Positions 36,342 to 46,635 of a stretch of 64,000 nt of DNA are shown in pieces. This stretch comes from a virus (lineage: Duplodnaviria; Caudoviricetes). The notes below the pieces were generated by a model that saw only the letters and a list, made by a program, of their open reading frames with translations, was not told where the DNA came from and did no database searches. The position numbers were made by a program, and so were the translations under genes. Each line of letters opens with the position of its first letter. Within the stretch, counting starts at the first letter, position 1. The stretch covers positions 25,012 to 89,011 of IMG/VR virus record IMGVR_UViG_3300017766_003652; one strand, 5' to 3'.

Positions 36342-36730
36342 ACTGGTACGAGCTGTGGGCCCTGGCTCGCTATGATCTGGGGCTAACCGACACAGAGTTC
36401 TGGCAACTAACCCCGAAGCAGTTATTCGCTTTGATCGACCGCAAAAAAGCGGCGGATAAAGCGGAGGACTACCGCTTCGGGGTTATTGCGTCCACGCTTT
36501 GTAACCTCCAGCGGAATCCCAAGAAGCAAAAGAAGGCCTTCGAACCGAGTGACTTCTTTCTCAGCCTCAAGGATAAAGATGCCGCGGATAAGAAACAGAC
36601 GTGGAAGCAGCACCTCGCCATCGCGACCCAGCTCCATGCCCTGTTCAAGGGCGTAGGCAAACCAAAGCCGCAGGAAGATACAACGCCGCAAGTAGTAGAA
36701 GCCCCCAAACAGAAACGGTCCAGAAAGTAA
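36308..36730 (+). CDS. Frameshifted gpT-like extension of tail chaperone
   Basis: -1 frame reads ...ARYDLGLTDTEFWQLTPKQL...FEPSDFF. Confidence 0.8.
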   Translation, partial: SSGGSGSGVRLNWYELWALARYDLGLTDTEFWQLTPKQLFALIDRKKAADKAEDYRFGVIASTLCNLQRNPKKQKKAFEPSDFFLSLKDKDAADKKQTWKQHLAIATQLHALFKGVGKPKPQEDTTPQVVEAPKQKRSRK

Positions 36731-36742
36731 GCCGGAGGCAGC

Positions 36743-39700
36743 ATGGCAGAGATAGATGTCGGTCGAATGTTCATCAGGCTCGGACTCGAGCTCGAAGAGT
36801 TCTCAAACGGTCTGCAACAGGTTGAGCAGGAGTTAGAGAAACGGGCGATGGCCTTTGGGAAGCTGGGCATCGGACTCTCCGCTGCTCTCACTGCTCCTCT
36901 CGCGGGCCTCGCCTCTGAGGGGTTGTCTACCCTGGCTAGCTTTGAGAAGGAGATGAACAAGGTCTCCGCGGTCGGTGGCATCTTTGGGGAGGATCTAAAG
37001 AAGCTGACCGCTCAGGCCATGATGCTTGGTGATACCACGGTATACAGTTCCAAGCAGGCCGCAGCGGCCATGGGAGAACTCGCCGCCGCTGGCTTCAAAT
37101 CCAACGAAGTCTACTCTGCCATGCCCGGCGTTCTATCCCTGGCCGCTGTCGAGGGAATGAAGATCGGGGATGCCGCCAAGATCGCCGCGGCTGCGATCAA
37201 TCAATTCGGGTTCGAGGCCAAGGATATGGGCATGATTGCCGATACAATGGCAGCCACCTCCTCCGCCTCGGCCACCTCAGTACAGGCCCTCGGAAATTCG
37301 TTCCAGTATATTGGCTCCGTATCCCGCACCACCAATCAGAGTTTCAAGGATATCTCTGCCGCGTTGGGCGCCCTCGCTCAGGCCGGCCGTACCGGAGAGT
37401 CAGCCGGTACCGCCCTGCGTTCCATGCTTATGTCCCTGCAGGACCCGAGCAAGCGAGGTACTGCCGCCCTCAAGGCCCTCAAGGAATCAGTGTATGAAGC
37501 CAATGGGCAGCTGAAGCCCATGGGGGAACTCATCCGTATCCTTCAGCCTCTGATGGACGATGCCCAGAAAGGCATCGCTATCTTTGGTAAGCGGTGGAGC
37601 GACGTCTCCGCCCTCCTCCAGGATGGGGGCAAGAACTTCTACGCGATTTCAAAGGGCCTGGAGGATGTCACCGGGTCCTCTAAGAAAGCCGCGGATATCA
37701 TGCAGCAGGGGCTCGCTGGAGCCTTTGAGAAACTGACCAGCTCTTTGGAAGGGGTTAACCTCCGCATCGGTAAGATCCTGGCCCCGATCGCCATGGAACT
37801 GATGAAGATGGCCACCGCCGTATCCGATGCGGTCAGCAAGTCTCTGGACGAGTTTGTCAAGCTCGACCCCATGATTCAGAATGCCGTACTTGGGTTCGCC
37901 GCCCTCCTGGCAGCCCTGGGTCCGGTATCCCTGGCGATCGCTGGATTCTACGCAGCCCTGGCTACCCTGGCAACCACTCTCCCGGCCGTCACCGCTATGT
38001 TCGGAGCCGGAGGAGCCGGGCTGGCCGCTATGGCTACGGCAGGGACCGCGGTCGGTGTAGCTCTTGCCGGGTGGGAGCTGTACAAGATCTACAAAGACCT
38101 GGTGGAACTCAAGGATAGCGTCCAGGCTCTCACCTCTGAATTCGTTAACTGGAGCAAGTCGCTGGAGATTGCGACCATTATCGCGGAGGGCCTCTGGAAG
38201 ATCCTTCTTGAGCTACCTCCTGGCTTTGTGCCGTTCATCTCCATCCTGAAAGTCGCTGGGATGGAGACCGGCGGGTTCGTGAACTTCATCCGCACTTTGT
38301 ATGAGGGGTTGAAGAAGCTGGCCTCGGATATCGGCAACCCGGTCGGGGCCATCGTGAAGACCCTCCTCCAGCTATCCGAGTCCATGCGCAAGGCCTTTGG
38401 GGATGGAGGAGCCGAGAACGCCAAGGCCATGGCGGATGGCGCAAACAGCGTCATGCGCAACATGATGATGAACTCGGAAACCGTGGCCAAAGGCCTGGAG
38501 GCCATGACCATCCGGGTTAAGGAGGTCATCAAGAAAGAGAAGGCCAACGTCGACGACCGGGGCAAACTGCTTGACGAGGAGGACAAGCAAACCAAGAAGA
38601 AAAAGAAGATAGTCGACGAGGAGATGGTGACTATTAAGGCCGCTCTTGCCTCTAAGGAGGCTATGGCCAAGGTCGATGCAGCCATCATTGACTTCCAGGT
38701 CCGTGCCCACAAGCAACTATCTACTGATGTGCACGATGCCCTACGCAAGGTCATTCTGGACTGGGAAGCCCTCCATGCCATGATTGGGGACACCTCGGCC
38801 TGGAAGAAACTGACCCCGGTCATGGAAGAGGTTATGAAGGGGATTGCCAAGCCCCTGGAGGATGCAGTCGCTCATACCAAGGCTTTGGATGACGCATTCA
38901 AGAACCTTGGGGTAAAGTCGGTTGAATCCCTCCGGGCTGTCCGGGATCAGGCGATTGAATCCCAACGGGCCATTCAAGCGGCCATGGATACCGGCGAGAT
39001 CGAAACCTCACAGGCTGTTATCCTCGCAGGACAGGAGCGGATACTCAAGGCAGAGAAAGACCTGGCCATCGCCATGGGCCAGAACTTCGAGGTCTATGAT
39101 GAGCAGCTGAAGAACGTAGGGGAAACCCTCGACCAGATGTCGGGCAAGCCCACCAAGATGGCTCTGGAGTTTGAGGCCTTTGGCAAGGCGATCGGGGAAG
39201 CGTTCGGCAACCTCTCGGATAATCTGTTCGACGCTATCGTCTCTGGTGAGGGGTTCAAGAAAGCGTTCGATGGGTTCATCGATGACTTGAGTGCCTCCAT
39301 CCGCACCTTCGCCAAGAACATCCTGAAGGGCGTTCTCCAGGATGCAATCAAAGGCAACATCACCTCGATGAATGACTTGGGCAAATCAGCTACCAAGGCG
39401 TTCAAGGATGTCCAGAAGGTATTCACAGGAGATGTTCCGGGGTCAGGCGCCACCGGAGGAGGTGGGGGTCTGGGAGATTCTGCCAAGACCTCCCAGATGG
39501 CTGCCGGTGGGCTGACTGGTTGGATCACCGCGATTAGCTCCGCGGTCTCCGCGGTTGCTGACATCCTGATGTACTTGCAGGGTCGCCGGATGGAAAAGGA
39601 CATCGGGCGCATGGAGGTTACCACCCGGGAGATCAAAGCCGAGATTCAGAACCTGCGAGCTGATGAGTGGACCCGGGAAAAGCACCTCTTCAACCTGGAC

Positions 39701-40675
39701 CGGATGGCGGACGCTACAGACCGTTTCGGGGATGCCCATGGCGCCTACCTATCCGACATGCTGGGTCACCTCCAGGAGATCGTCCTCCTGCTTCAGAGCG
39801 GGGCCTTTAACGGCGGCGGTAGCGGGATTAGCCCGACCTGGATTGACTTCGGAGGTTCTGGTGGAGGCTCCGCGGTTGAGCGGCTGCAAGAGCTTGCCGA
39901 TCAGACCCACATGGCAAACTACTATCTGAAAGAGATGGAGGCCCAGGCCCAGGTCTCCGGCAGTAGCCTCTCTGACCTCTCTTACGCCACCGATACGGCT
40001 ACCGTGGAGCTGGCCGAGGTTTCCGAGACCGTAGCCGAAACCAACAAAGAGCTGAAGGCCGGGACTAAAGAGTACGAGGAATGGAAGAACAAGCTCAAGG
40101 ATACGCAAGACTATGACCGCTGGTATCAAGCCCGGCTAGATGCGGAGAAGCGGGCCCTCCGGTCGACCGACCGCTGGGGGAACGTCCTGGATGAAGCCGG
40201 CAATACCATCCTGCTCAGCATGGATTTCATCAACTCCAGCCGAGAGCAGGCCAAGGCCACGGATATGAAGTTCTCCGGGGCCATTGGTTACGCCGCCGAC
40301 CAGATCGTCTTTGGATCAGAGGCAGCCGCAGCAGCCCTACGCAAAACGGCGGAAGCGGCTAACAGCGCCTCCTCCGGGTTCGCCTCCTACTCCAGGACCC
40401 TCCTGTCCGACATAAACGATACTGCGAACACCCTCGGTTCCCAGGTGGGTTCGGTAGGAGGGGGCTCTCCCGCTGGATCGAATCCCGGAGGCTCTGCCCG
40501 TTCGAATGCCATCTGGTATAACGGCCGCTGGGTCGATCCGAAGACCTACCTCCCGGTGGATATGGGGAGCGGTGCGGGAGGCCTCAACCTAAACGTCACG
40601 GTAAACAACGCCGATGCGGGAAAGGTAGCCAACACTATGATGTCTACCTGGAGAGCTGGCGGCGTGAACATCTAA
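36743..40675 (+). CDS. Tape measure protein (TP901 family)
   Basis: 1310 aa, helical; FEKEMNKVSAV...QAAAAMGELAAAGF core. Confidence 0.95.
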   Translation: MAEIDVGRMFIRLGLELEEFSNGLQQVEQELEKRAMAFGKLGIGLSAALTAPLAGLASEGLSTLASFEKEMNKVSAVGGIFGEDLKKLTAQAMMLGDTTVYSSKQAAAAMGELAAAGFKSNEVYSAMPGVLSLAAVEGMKIGDAAKIAAAAINQFGFEAKDMGMIADTMAATSSASATSVQALGNSFQYIGSVSRTTNQSFKDISAALGALAQAGRTGESAGTALRSMLMSLQDPSKRGTAALKALKESVYEANGQLKPMGELIRILQPLMDDAQKGIAIFGKRWSDVSALLQDGGKNFYAISKGLEDVTGSSKKAADIMQQGLAGAFEKLTSSLEGVNLRIGKILAPIAMELMKMATAVSDAVSKSLDEFVKLDPMIQNAVLGFAALLAALGPVSLAIAGFYAALATLATTLPAVTAMFGAGGAGLAAMATAGTAVGVALAGWELYKIYKDLVELKDSVQALTSEFVNWSKSLEIATIIAEGLWKILLELPPGFVPFISILKVAGMETGGFVNFIRTLYEGLKKLASDIGNPVGAIVKTLLQLSESMRKAFGDGGAENAKAMADGANSVMRNMMMNSETVAKGLEAMTIRVKEVIKKEKANVDDRGKLLDEEDKQTKKKKKIVDEEMVTIKAALASKEAMAKVDAAIIDFQVRAHKQLSTDVHDALRKVILDWEALHAMIGDTSAWKKLTPVMEEVMKGIAKPLEDAVAHTKALDDAFKNLGVKSVESLRAVRDQAIESQRAIQAAMDTGEIETSQAVILAGQERILKAEKDLAIAMGQNFEVYDEQLKNVGETLDQMSGKPTKMALEFEAFGKAIGEAFGNLSDNLFDAIVSGEGFKKAFDGFIDDLSASIRTFAKNILKGVLQDAIKGNITSMNDLGKSATKAFKDVQKVFTGDVPGSGATGGGGGLGDSAKTSQMAAGGLTGWITAISSAVSAVADILMYLQGRRMEKDIGRMEVTTREIKAEIQNLRADEWTREKHLFNLDRMADATDRFGDAHGAYLSDMLGHLQEIVLLLQSGAFNGGGSGISPTWIDFGGSGGGSAVERLQELADQTHMANYYLKEMEAQAQVSGSSLSDLSYATDTATVELAEVSETVAETNKELKAGTKEYEEWKNKLKDTQDYDRWYQARLDAEKRALRSTDRWGNVLDEAGNTILLSMDFINSSREQAKATDMKFSGAIGYAADQIVFGSEAAAAALRKTAEAANSASSGFASYSRTLLSDINDTANTLGSQVGSVGGGSPAGSNPGGSARSNAIWYNGRWVDPKTYLPVDMGSGAGGLNLNVTVNNADAGKVANTMMSTWRAGGVNI

Positions 40676-40799
40676 ACCCTGCGGCAATCGCGTGGAAACG
40701 GGGCTCCACGCGATCGCTTTGTCCGTTTGGGGTATCGATACCCCCAAGGCAGACCAAAGTCCCCTGGACCGATTATCAACTCGAAGGAGATTACAGATT

Positions 40800-41207
40800 A
40801 TGGCAACCGGAGTTTACGCCCTCGGCTTGGAGCACTTTCTGGGAGGCGACATCGCTTGGGATAGCGACAACATCAAAGCGGTCCTAGTGGATGCAGCGGA
40901 TTATACGGTCAACCTCGCCACGGATGAGGCGCTCGACGACATCCCTGTCGGGGCCCGGGTCGCTACCTCCAGCAACCTGGCGAGCAAGACCATCACTGGA
41001 GGGGTAGCGGATGCGGCAGATGCGACCCTCACCAGCGTGACCGGTGATCCCTCGGAGGCCCTGGTCATCTACAAAGATTCCGGGGTGGAGGCGACCTCCT
41101 TCCTCATCGCCTATATCGACAACTACACTGGCTTGCCGGTTACTCCCAACGGCAGCAACATCACCATCGCGTGGCCGAACGACTCGAACAAGATCTTCAA
41201 GCTCTAG
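40800..41207 (+). CDS. Tail-associated protein
   Basis: AAGGAG upstream of MATGVYALG; IKAVLVD...GGVADAAD...IAYID...PNGSNITIAW pattern. Confidence 0.75.
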   Translation: MATGVYALGLEHFLGGDIAWDSDNIKAVLVDAADYTVNLATDEALDDIPVGARVATSSNLASKTITGGVADAADATLTSVTGDPSEALVIYKDSGVEATSFLIAYIDNYTGLPVTPNGSNITIAWPNDSNKIFKL

Positions 41208-41224
41208 GCTGAAAGGAACCCATC

Positions 41225-42232
41225 ATGGCCGCAATTCCGTTTCTCTGGGTCGATGGCTTCGACCACTACAACGTCACCAGTTCCACTCAGATGATTGCGA
41301 AGGGGTACACCGTAGTCCAGGCCGCTGCAACGAGTGGGACTGGTCGCTACGGTAATGGACTCTATTGCCGTATGGGTGGCAGCGTAGACTTCAACCGGGC
41401 GCTGGGCTCTACTTACGGCACCCTTTATATGGGCATCGCTTTCCGGACAACCACCGCCACCAGTAACACTACCCTCTTCAAGTTCCGGGAGAGCACGACC
41501 GTTCATATTGACGTCCGGCTTGACTCCTCGAACCGGCTCCAGATCACTCGCAACGGCACGACCTTGGCAACGGCTTCTGCGGGGCTCGCGGCCAATATCT
41601 GGTACTACCTCCAGATTAAGGTGGTCATTCACGATACCACCGGGGAATACGAGATCCTGGTCAACGGATCTGTCGGAACCCTCGGCGTGACCGGTACCGG
41701 GGCTGATACCCGCAACGGTGGTTCCGGGGTTATCGACAACGTCAATATCGGCAACAGTGCCGGCATCAATGTGGATATTGACGACCTGTACCTCTATGAT
41801 GGTGGTTACGCCGGCGAGATCAACATTCAAACCGTCTATCCTACCGGGGCCGGCAACTCCGCCCAGTTCACTCCGAATACGGGGTCGAATTGGCAAAATG
41901 TGGATGACTCCACCCCGGATGACGACAGCACCTATAACAGCAGCGGCACCGCTGGGCACCGAGATCTGTTTGCCACCGGGGACGTCCCCTCGACCTCCGG
42001 TTCCATCCTGGCCGTGGTTGCCAACGGGTATGCCCGCAAAGACGATGCGGGAACCCGGGAAATTAAACTGACCACCCGGATCGGCAGCACCAATTACGAC
42101 AGCGCCACAAACCCCATTACCTCCGGTTACGCCTACTATAGGCATCAGTGGGACACGGACCCCTCGACCGCAGCGGCCTGGGTCCGGGCTGATCTAAACG
42201 GGGCAGAGTTTGGCTACAAGCTAGAAGTGTAA
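41225..42232 (+). CDS. Tail protein (lectin/beta-sandwich-like)
   Basis: DGFDHY start; WYYLQIKV; FTPNTGSNWQNVDD; paralog of 44744-45943. Confidence 0.7.
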   Translation: MAAIPFLWVDGFDHYNVTSSTQMIAKGYTVVQAAATSGTGRYGNGLYCRMGGSVDFNRALGSTYGTLYMGIAFRTTTATSNTTLFKFRESTTVHIDVRLDSSNRLQITRNGTTLATASAGLAANIWYYLQIKVVIHDTTGEYEILVNGSVGTLGVTGTGADTRNGGSGVIDNVNIGNSAGINVDIDDLYLYDGGYAGEINIQTVYPTGAGNSAQFTPNTGSNWQNVDDSTPDDDSTYNSSGTAGHRDLFATGDVPSTSGSILAVVANGYARKDDAGTREIKLTTRIGSTNYDSATNPITSGYAYYRHQWDTDPSTAAAWVRADLNGAEFGYKLEV

Positions 42233-42242
42233 GGCGGACCTA

Positions 42243-44744
42243 ATGGCTGGACGCGTATCTCAGACCCCCATAGAAGTCGTCACTTCAGGCGATGCGAATA
42301 CAGCTCGGCTGTCTCATCTCGCCATAGAGGTGGTGACGGATGGGGCAAACCCTAACGCGAGGTTCTCGCAACTCGCAATCGAGGCGGTAACACTGGGAGA
42401 GGGGGCAATCGCCCGCTTCTCCCAGCTCGCCATTGAATGCGTTATGCAAGGGAACGAAATCCTTGTGTACGGGGCCTCCGGTATCGCCACCTCTGTGGCC
42501 TTTGGTTCCGGGGGTACTGTAGCGAATGATGGGCTGGGCTTGGTCGGCTCTGCCGGTATTCCAAGCTCGGTCGCCTTTGGTGCGGATGGGGAGGTCTGGG
42601 GCCCGCAGTATGTAACGGGCTCGGCAGGTATCGCTTCCTCTGTAGCCTTTGGGGCTGACGGAACCCTGGCGGATATCTATGGAACGGCAGGTATCCCCTC
42701 CTCCGTGGCGTTTGGCTCCGGGGGTTCCCTCGGGTTGAATATAGAGGGCTCCGCGGGTATCCCCTCCTCCGTGGCGTTTGGAGATGGGAGCGCGGCTCCT
42801 GCCGGGGTCTACCTCGTCGTGGAGTCCGGGGTCGGTGGTATCGCTTCCTCTGTAGCGTTCGGCTCTGGAGGCTCGGTCGATTGCGTTATTGCCGGCACCG
42901 CTGGCATCCCCTCCTCCGTGGCTTTTGGCCTGACCGGTACGGTCGTGAATCTGGACCCGGAGATCAGCCGGTTCGGCCTCTATATCAACGGGGTCAATAG
43001 GACAGACTACCTCCGGGAGAGTACCTGGAATGTCCAGCAGCCTTTGAACTTCAACGACCAGGGTTCCTTCCAGCTCTTTGATGACGACAACCTTATCGCT
43101 CCCCAGCCAGGGGAGCCTGTCGTTATGCTGCACCTGCCGGAGGGAGGAACCTCCTGGCTCCGCATCTTTGGTGGCAGTATCGAGAACACGGTCCGCACAA
43201 AGAACCCCACCACTAATGCGACAGAAACTTGGTTCGATTGCCGCTGTGTAGGTTACGCCTACAGCCTCGCCCGGAGGATCGTCACCAAGAATTATGATGG
43301 GGCGACCTATGGCAACTTCACGGCCATCATGGATGACCTGGCCCTCCTGTACTTGGCGCCGGAGGGTATAACCTGGATCTCTCAAGGGGACCCGGGCATC
43401 ACTCTTGGCAACATGGATTTCAAGTGGAAGCCCTTGAAGGTTTGCCTGGACGAACTCGGAGCCGCGACCAATCAGAACTGGAGAATCGATGCTTACCGGA
43501 GGCTCTACTTCTACAGCACTCCCAACGTAGTTGCCGCACCGATTGATATCACAGAGGATGACTCCGGCCCGAACGGGGAATCCTGGCGGGATATGCGGGT
43601 GACTCTCGACCGGGGTCTGTACCGCAACCGGCAGTACATCATGGTCACCCTGCCGCCGACCACCACGACTACGGTGCTGACCTACACAAAGCCCACCAAC
43701 GTGGGCGGGGCCTTCCCGGTACTCTTCAGCGACTACCTGCTCACCGACATCAACTATAGCGGGCGTATTAACAACATTACCCGCCTGCGGTTGAACGGCG
43801 TAGACATCCCGTACTATATGTACGGCGAGACCCCAGTAGCCGGCTGGAAGTATCGGCAGGTTACGGCTGGGGACCTGGACCTCTACTGGAACTGGACGGC
43901 GTACACTCCTCCTGCTGATGGCTCGACCCTGGAGGTCTCCTTCACGAGCACGAGCGAGGCCCCTGGCCCCATCTACGAAGAGGATGCGGCAGAGATCGCC
44001 GCTCGAGCCGGAGTAGAAGAGGGTTCCGGGGTGTACGAAGATGTTTATGATGCCGGGGACATTACGGATGAGGACACCCTCCGGGAGATCGCTCTTCAAC
44101 TCCTGGCAAAGTTCAAGTATATGGGGCTTGAGATCGATTTCGAGACCCATGTATTCGGCTGGGAGCCGGGCATGGTGGTTACGATCAACCTACCGTCCTT
44201 CACGGCAGGCTACTCGGTACCCTCTGAGCTGACCGTTGAGAATGTCGAGCTAATCGAGGAGAAGAAGTACAGCCTCCTATACCGGGTCAAGGCCTCCAAC
44301 AAAGTACAGCAACGGGATGCTATGACCGCGATGGCTCGGCTCATCGCCAGCCTACGCCGGCGTAGCAACTCCGCTCCTCTGGAGATCCAGTGGGAACTCG
44401 CCACCGATATCCCTGGCTTCACGAATCCGGGGCTGGAGGTTCTCTCAGCCCCTGGAAACGCCAAGGTAGTCAGAACCCGGATGGTCTGCGACAACATCGC
44501 CGTTCACTTTACCGATGCCCCGGCTGGGGATGATATCGAGCTCGATATCAAACGCAACGGAGTCAGCATCCTGACGAGCCCCTTGGTGTACCCTGCCGGC
44601 ACTTCTACAGTCATGACCTATAACGGGTTCATCACAAACCCGGTCACCCTGGAAGTCGATGACCTCCTGACCATCGATATCCTCCAGGTGGGTTCGACTT
44701 CTCCTGGCAGTAACGGGACCGCTACGATCAAGGGACGGGGCTGA
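42243..44744 (+). CDS. Tail hub/baseplate-like protein with N-terminal repeats
   Basis: 833 aa; four RxSQ-type repeats and seven GIxSSVAFG repeats; C-terminal hub-like GVYED...GWEPGM. Confidence 0.7.
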   Translation: MAGRVSQTPIEVVTSGDANTARLSHLAIEVVTDGANPNARFSQLAIEAVTLGEGAIARFSQLAIECVMQGNEILVYGASGIATSVAFGSGGTVANDGLGLVGSAGIPSSVAFGADGEVWGPQYVTGSAGIASSVAFGADGTLADIYGTAGIPSSVAFGSGGSLGLNIEGSAGIPSSVAFGDGSAAPAGVYLVVESGVGGIASSVAFGSGGSVDCVIAGTAGIPSSVAFGLTGTVVNLDPEISRFGLYINGVNRTDYLRESTWNVQQPLNFNDQGSFQLFDDDNLIAPQPGEPVVMLHLPEGGTSWLRIFGGSIENTVRTKNPTTNATETWFDCRCVGYAYSLARRIVTKNYDGATYGNFTAIMDDLALLYLAPEGITWISQGDPGITLGNMDFKWKPLKVCLDELGAATNQNWRIDAYRRLYFYSTPNVVAAPIDITEDDSGPNGESWRDMRVTLDRGLYRNRQYIMVTLPPTTTTTVLTYTKPTNVGGAFPVLFSDYLLTDINYSGRINNITRLRLNGVDIPYYMYGETPVAGWKYRQVTAGDLDLYWNWTAYTPPADGSTLEVSFTSTSEAPGPIYEEDAAEIAARAGVEEGSGVYEDVYDAGDITDEDTLREIALQLLAKFKYMGLEIDFETHVFGWEPGMVVTINLPSFTAGYSVPSELTVENVELIEEKKYSLLYRVKASNKVQQRDAMTAMARLIASLRRRSNSAPLEIQWELATDIPGFTNPGLEVLSAPGNAKVVRTRMVCDNIAVHFTDAPAGDDIELDIKRNGVSILTSPLVYPAGTSTVMTYNGFITNPVTLEVDDLLTIDILQVGSTSPGSNGTATIKGRG
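42470..42935 (+). repeat. Seven GIxSSVAFG peptide repeats
   Basis: Recurrent ggtatcccctcctccgtggcgtttgg-type units. Confidence 0.85.
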
Positions 44745-45943
44745 TGGCTATCACGCCTATATTTTGCGATGGCTTTGACCACTATCGGACCATAAGCCCC
44801 GCCCTGATTGCAGAGAAGTACATATCCAGAACGACCTTTGACCAGCAACTCCGGGAGGCCGGCCGCTACGACGACTCCTACTTGTCCGACTACTCCGCTG
44901 GCTCCATGAACAACGCGTTCGGAGAGGCCTGGACGGATGTAGCGGTGGCAACCACCTACAGCTATGCCAGCATGGATCTCAAGCTGGCCCATGGTACGGG
45001 CGGCACCTTCCTAACAGACGGCGACTTCCTGGTCCTCTCTGGGCTTATCCTCAGCACCTATACAAAGCAGACCCGGGTTGCTGTTCGTACCGATGGCCGC
45101 ATAGAGGTGTGGCGGGGTACAGGAGCCCAGTTCACGGGAACCCTCCTGGCCTCATCCGCTGCGGGCATCCTGGTCCAATCGGAATTCCGCCGGGTGGAAG
45201 TATGCTGGGGGCAGATTACAGGAATCTGGGTCCGCGTCAATGGGGTCACCGTAATAAGCGAGCCCGCAGCGAGCCTCCTCGCGGGGGCGGCCGGCATCTC
45301 CAGGGTCGGGCAATACTGGGCTCAGTTTGGTTTCAACGCAATCCTATGGGACAACTACTTCGTCTGGACTGATACGGTAGCGGAGGCCTGGCTGGGGGAT
45401 ATCCAAGTCGCAACCTTCTGGCCCTTCAACGGGGCCCCCGCCGATCAGGAGGCCGGTTCTTTTGTGCCGGACTCCGGTTCCAATATGTACTCGCGGCTGT
45501 ATGAGCGGCAGGATTTCCCCAGTGTTGGCAATGAGTTCCCGAACGGCAACACGAATTACATCTCGACCACGGTAAGCGACGAGTGCTACTTGCGCATGCA
45601 GAACCTCCGCTCCTACGGAACGGTCCTGGCCCTGGCGGTCAATCTGGAGGCATACTGCCTCTCAGGTTGTTCCCATCAGGGGGTGGCCCATAAGGACGCC
45701 GGTTCCTCCTACTATGCGACCGCTCAATCTCTGAGCGGGAGCGACTACAAGATCCACCAGTTCCTCTTCAGCACGAATCCCGATACGGGGTTGCCTTGGG
45801 ACCCGGCAGAGCTTGTACTGAATGGGTGGTACTTTGGAGCCAAGGTCACCAGCCCCCTCTCGGCTTACCGGCTTTCCCAGATCGCCCTTGAAATTGTGTA
45901 CCTGAAAAGCGGGGCTACTGGCGCCCGGTATCGTTGCCGATAA
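44744..45943 (+). CDS. Tail protein, paralog of 41225-42232
   Basis: DGFDHY start; FVPDSGSNMYSRL; TNPDTGLPW. Confidence 0.7.
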   Translation: MAITPIFCDGFDHYRTISPALIAEKYISRTTFDQQLREAGRYDDSYLSDYSAGSMNNAFGEAWTDVAVATTYSYASMDLKLAHGTGGTFLTDGDFLVLSGLILSTYTKQTRVAVRTDGRIEVWRGTGAQFTGTLLASSAAGILVQSEFRRVEVCWGQITGIWVRVNGVTVISEPAASLLAGAAGISRVGQYWAQFGFNAILWDNYFVWTDTVAEAWLGDIQVATFWPFNGAPADQEAGSFVPDSGSNMYSRLYERQDFPSVGNEFPNGNTNYISTTVSDECYLRMQNLRSYGTVLALAVNLEAYCLSGCSHQGVAHKDAGSSYYATAQSLSGSDYKIHQFLFSTNPDTGLPWDPAELVLNGWYFGAKVTSPLSAYRLSQIALEIVYLKSGATGARYRCR

Positions 45944-45959
45944 TAAACCACGGAGCGCC

Positions 45960-46619
45960 ATGTATAACAAACTCACGACCGCGCCAAAGGTTGGCGACGT
46001 TTTCGCTTTTGGAGGGATGAAAGGCTTCTTCTCCCATCTCATCCGGGTTGCCACTTGGAACCCGGTTACGCACGTTGCCATGGTCGGAGGGTACCGGAAC
46101 GGGCGGCCCTTCCTCGTGGAGTCCACCACGCTGTACCGGGATCAGACCGGCGTGCAAATCAATGACCTCATGCCGCGGCTGGAGGAGTACAAAGAACAGG
46201 GGCGGGTCTGGTGGCTCCCCCTATCCACTCAGGCCCGGTCGATCCTCAACGAACAGGCGGTCGCCTCCTTCCTGCTCTCCCACGTGGGGCGGGCGTACGA
46301 CTATCGGCAGGTTGTCGGGGTAGCCCTTAACGCAGTACCCCTCTTCCACCGGCTCCTCAATCAGGCGGACTACAACCGCTTGTTCTGCTCGGAGCTGGTG
46401 GCTGGAGCCTTCAAGGCCGGAGGTATCGTGCCCCCAAACTGGGGAGCCTCCCATGTGACCCCGGAACAGGTCTGTCAGTACCGGCTGTACTCGACCGCAA
46501 TCCAATGCATTGGGAGCCGCCGAGATATCCCCGGCTTTTGCTCTGCCCCTGTTTTCTATCCAGAAGATCCCCTGACCCAGGCTCAGACAACCATATGGGA
46601 CCCCGGTCTCACCCTCTAA
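45960..46619 (+). CDS. Permuted papain-like amidase (YiiX/YebB-like NlpC/P60)
   Basis: SHLIRVATWNPVTHVAM (His first), AYDY, LFCSELV (Cys later). Confidence 0.85.
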   Translation: MYNKLTTAPKVGDVFAFGGMKGFFSHLIRVATWNPVTHVAMVGGYRNGRPFLVESTTLYRDQTGVQINDLMPRLEEYKEQGRVWWLPLSTQARSILNEQAVASFLLSHVGRAYDYRQVVGVALNAVPLFHRLLNQADYNRLFCSELVAGAFKAGGIVPPNWGASHVTPEQVCQYRLYSTAIQCIGSRRDIPGFCSAPVFYPEDPLTQAQTTIWDPGLTL

Positions 46620-46635
46620 GACGCTGGGAAAGGGA

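Noticed and set aside
42470-42935. Tail repeats as a diversity-generating retroelement template/variable pair
   Set aside because: No reverse transcriptase in the window, and differences are not confined to adenines.
42285-44150. 621-aa minus-strand ORF
   Set aside because: Fully overlaps the tail hub gene in antisense with shadow-like composition.
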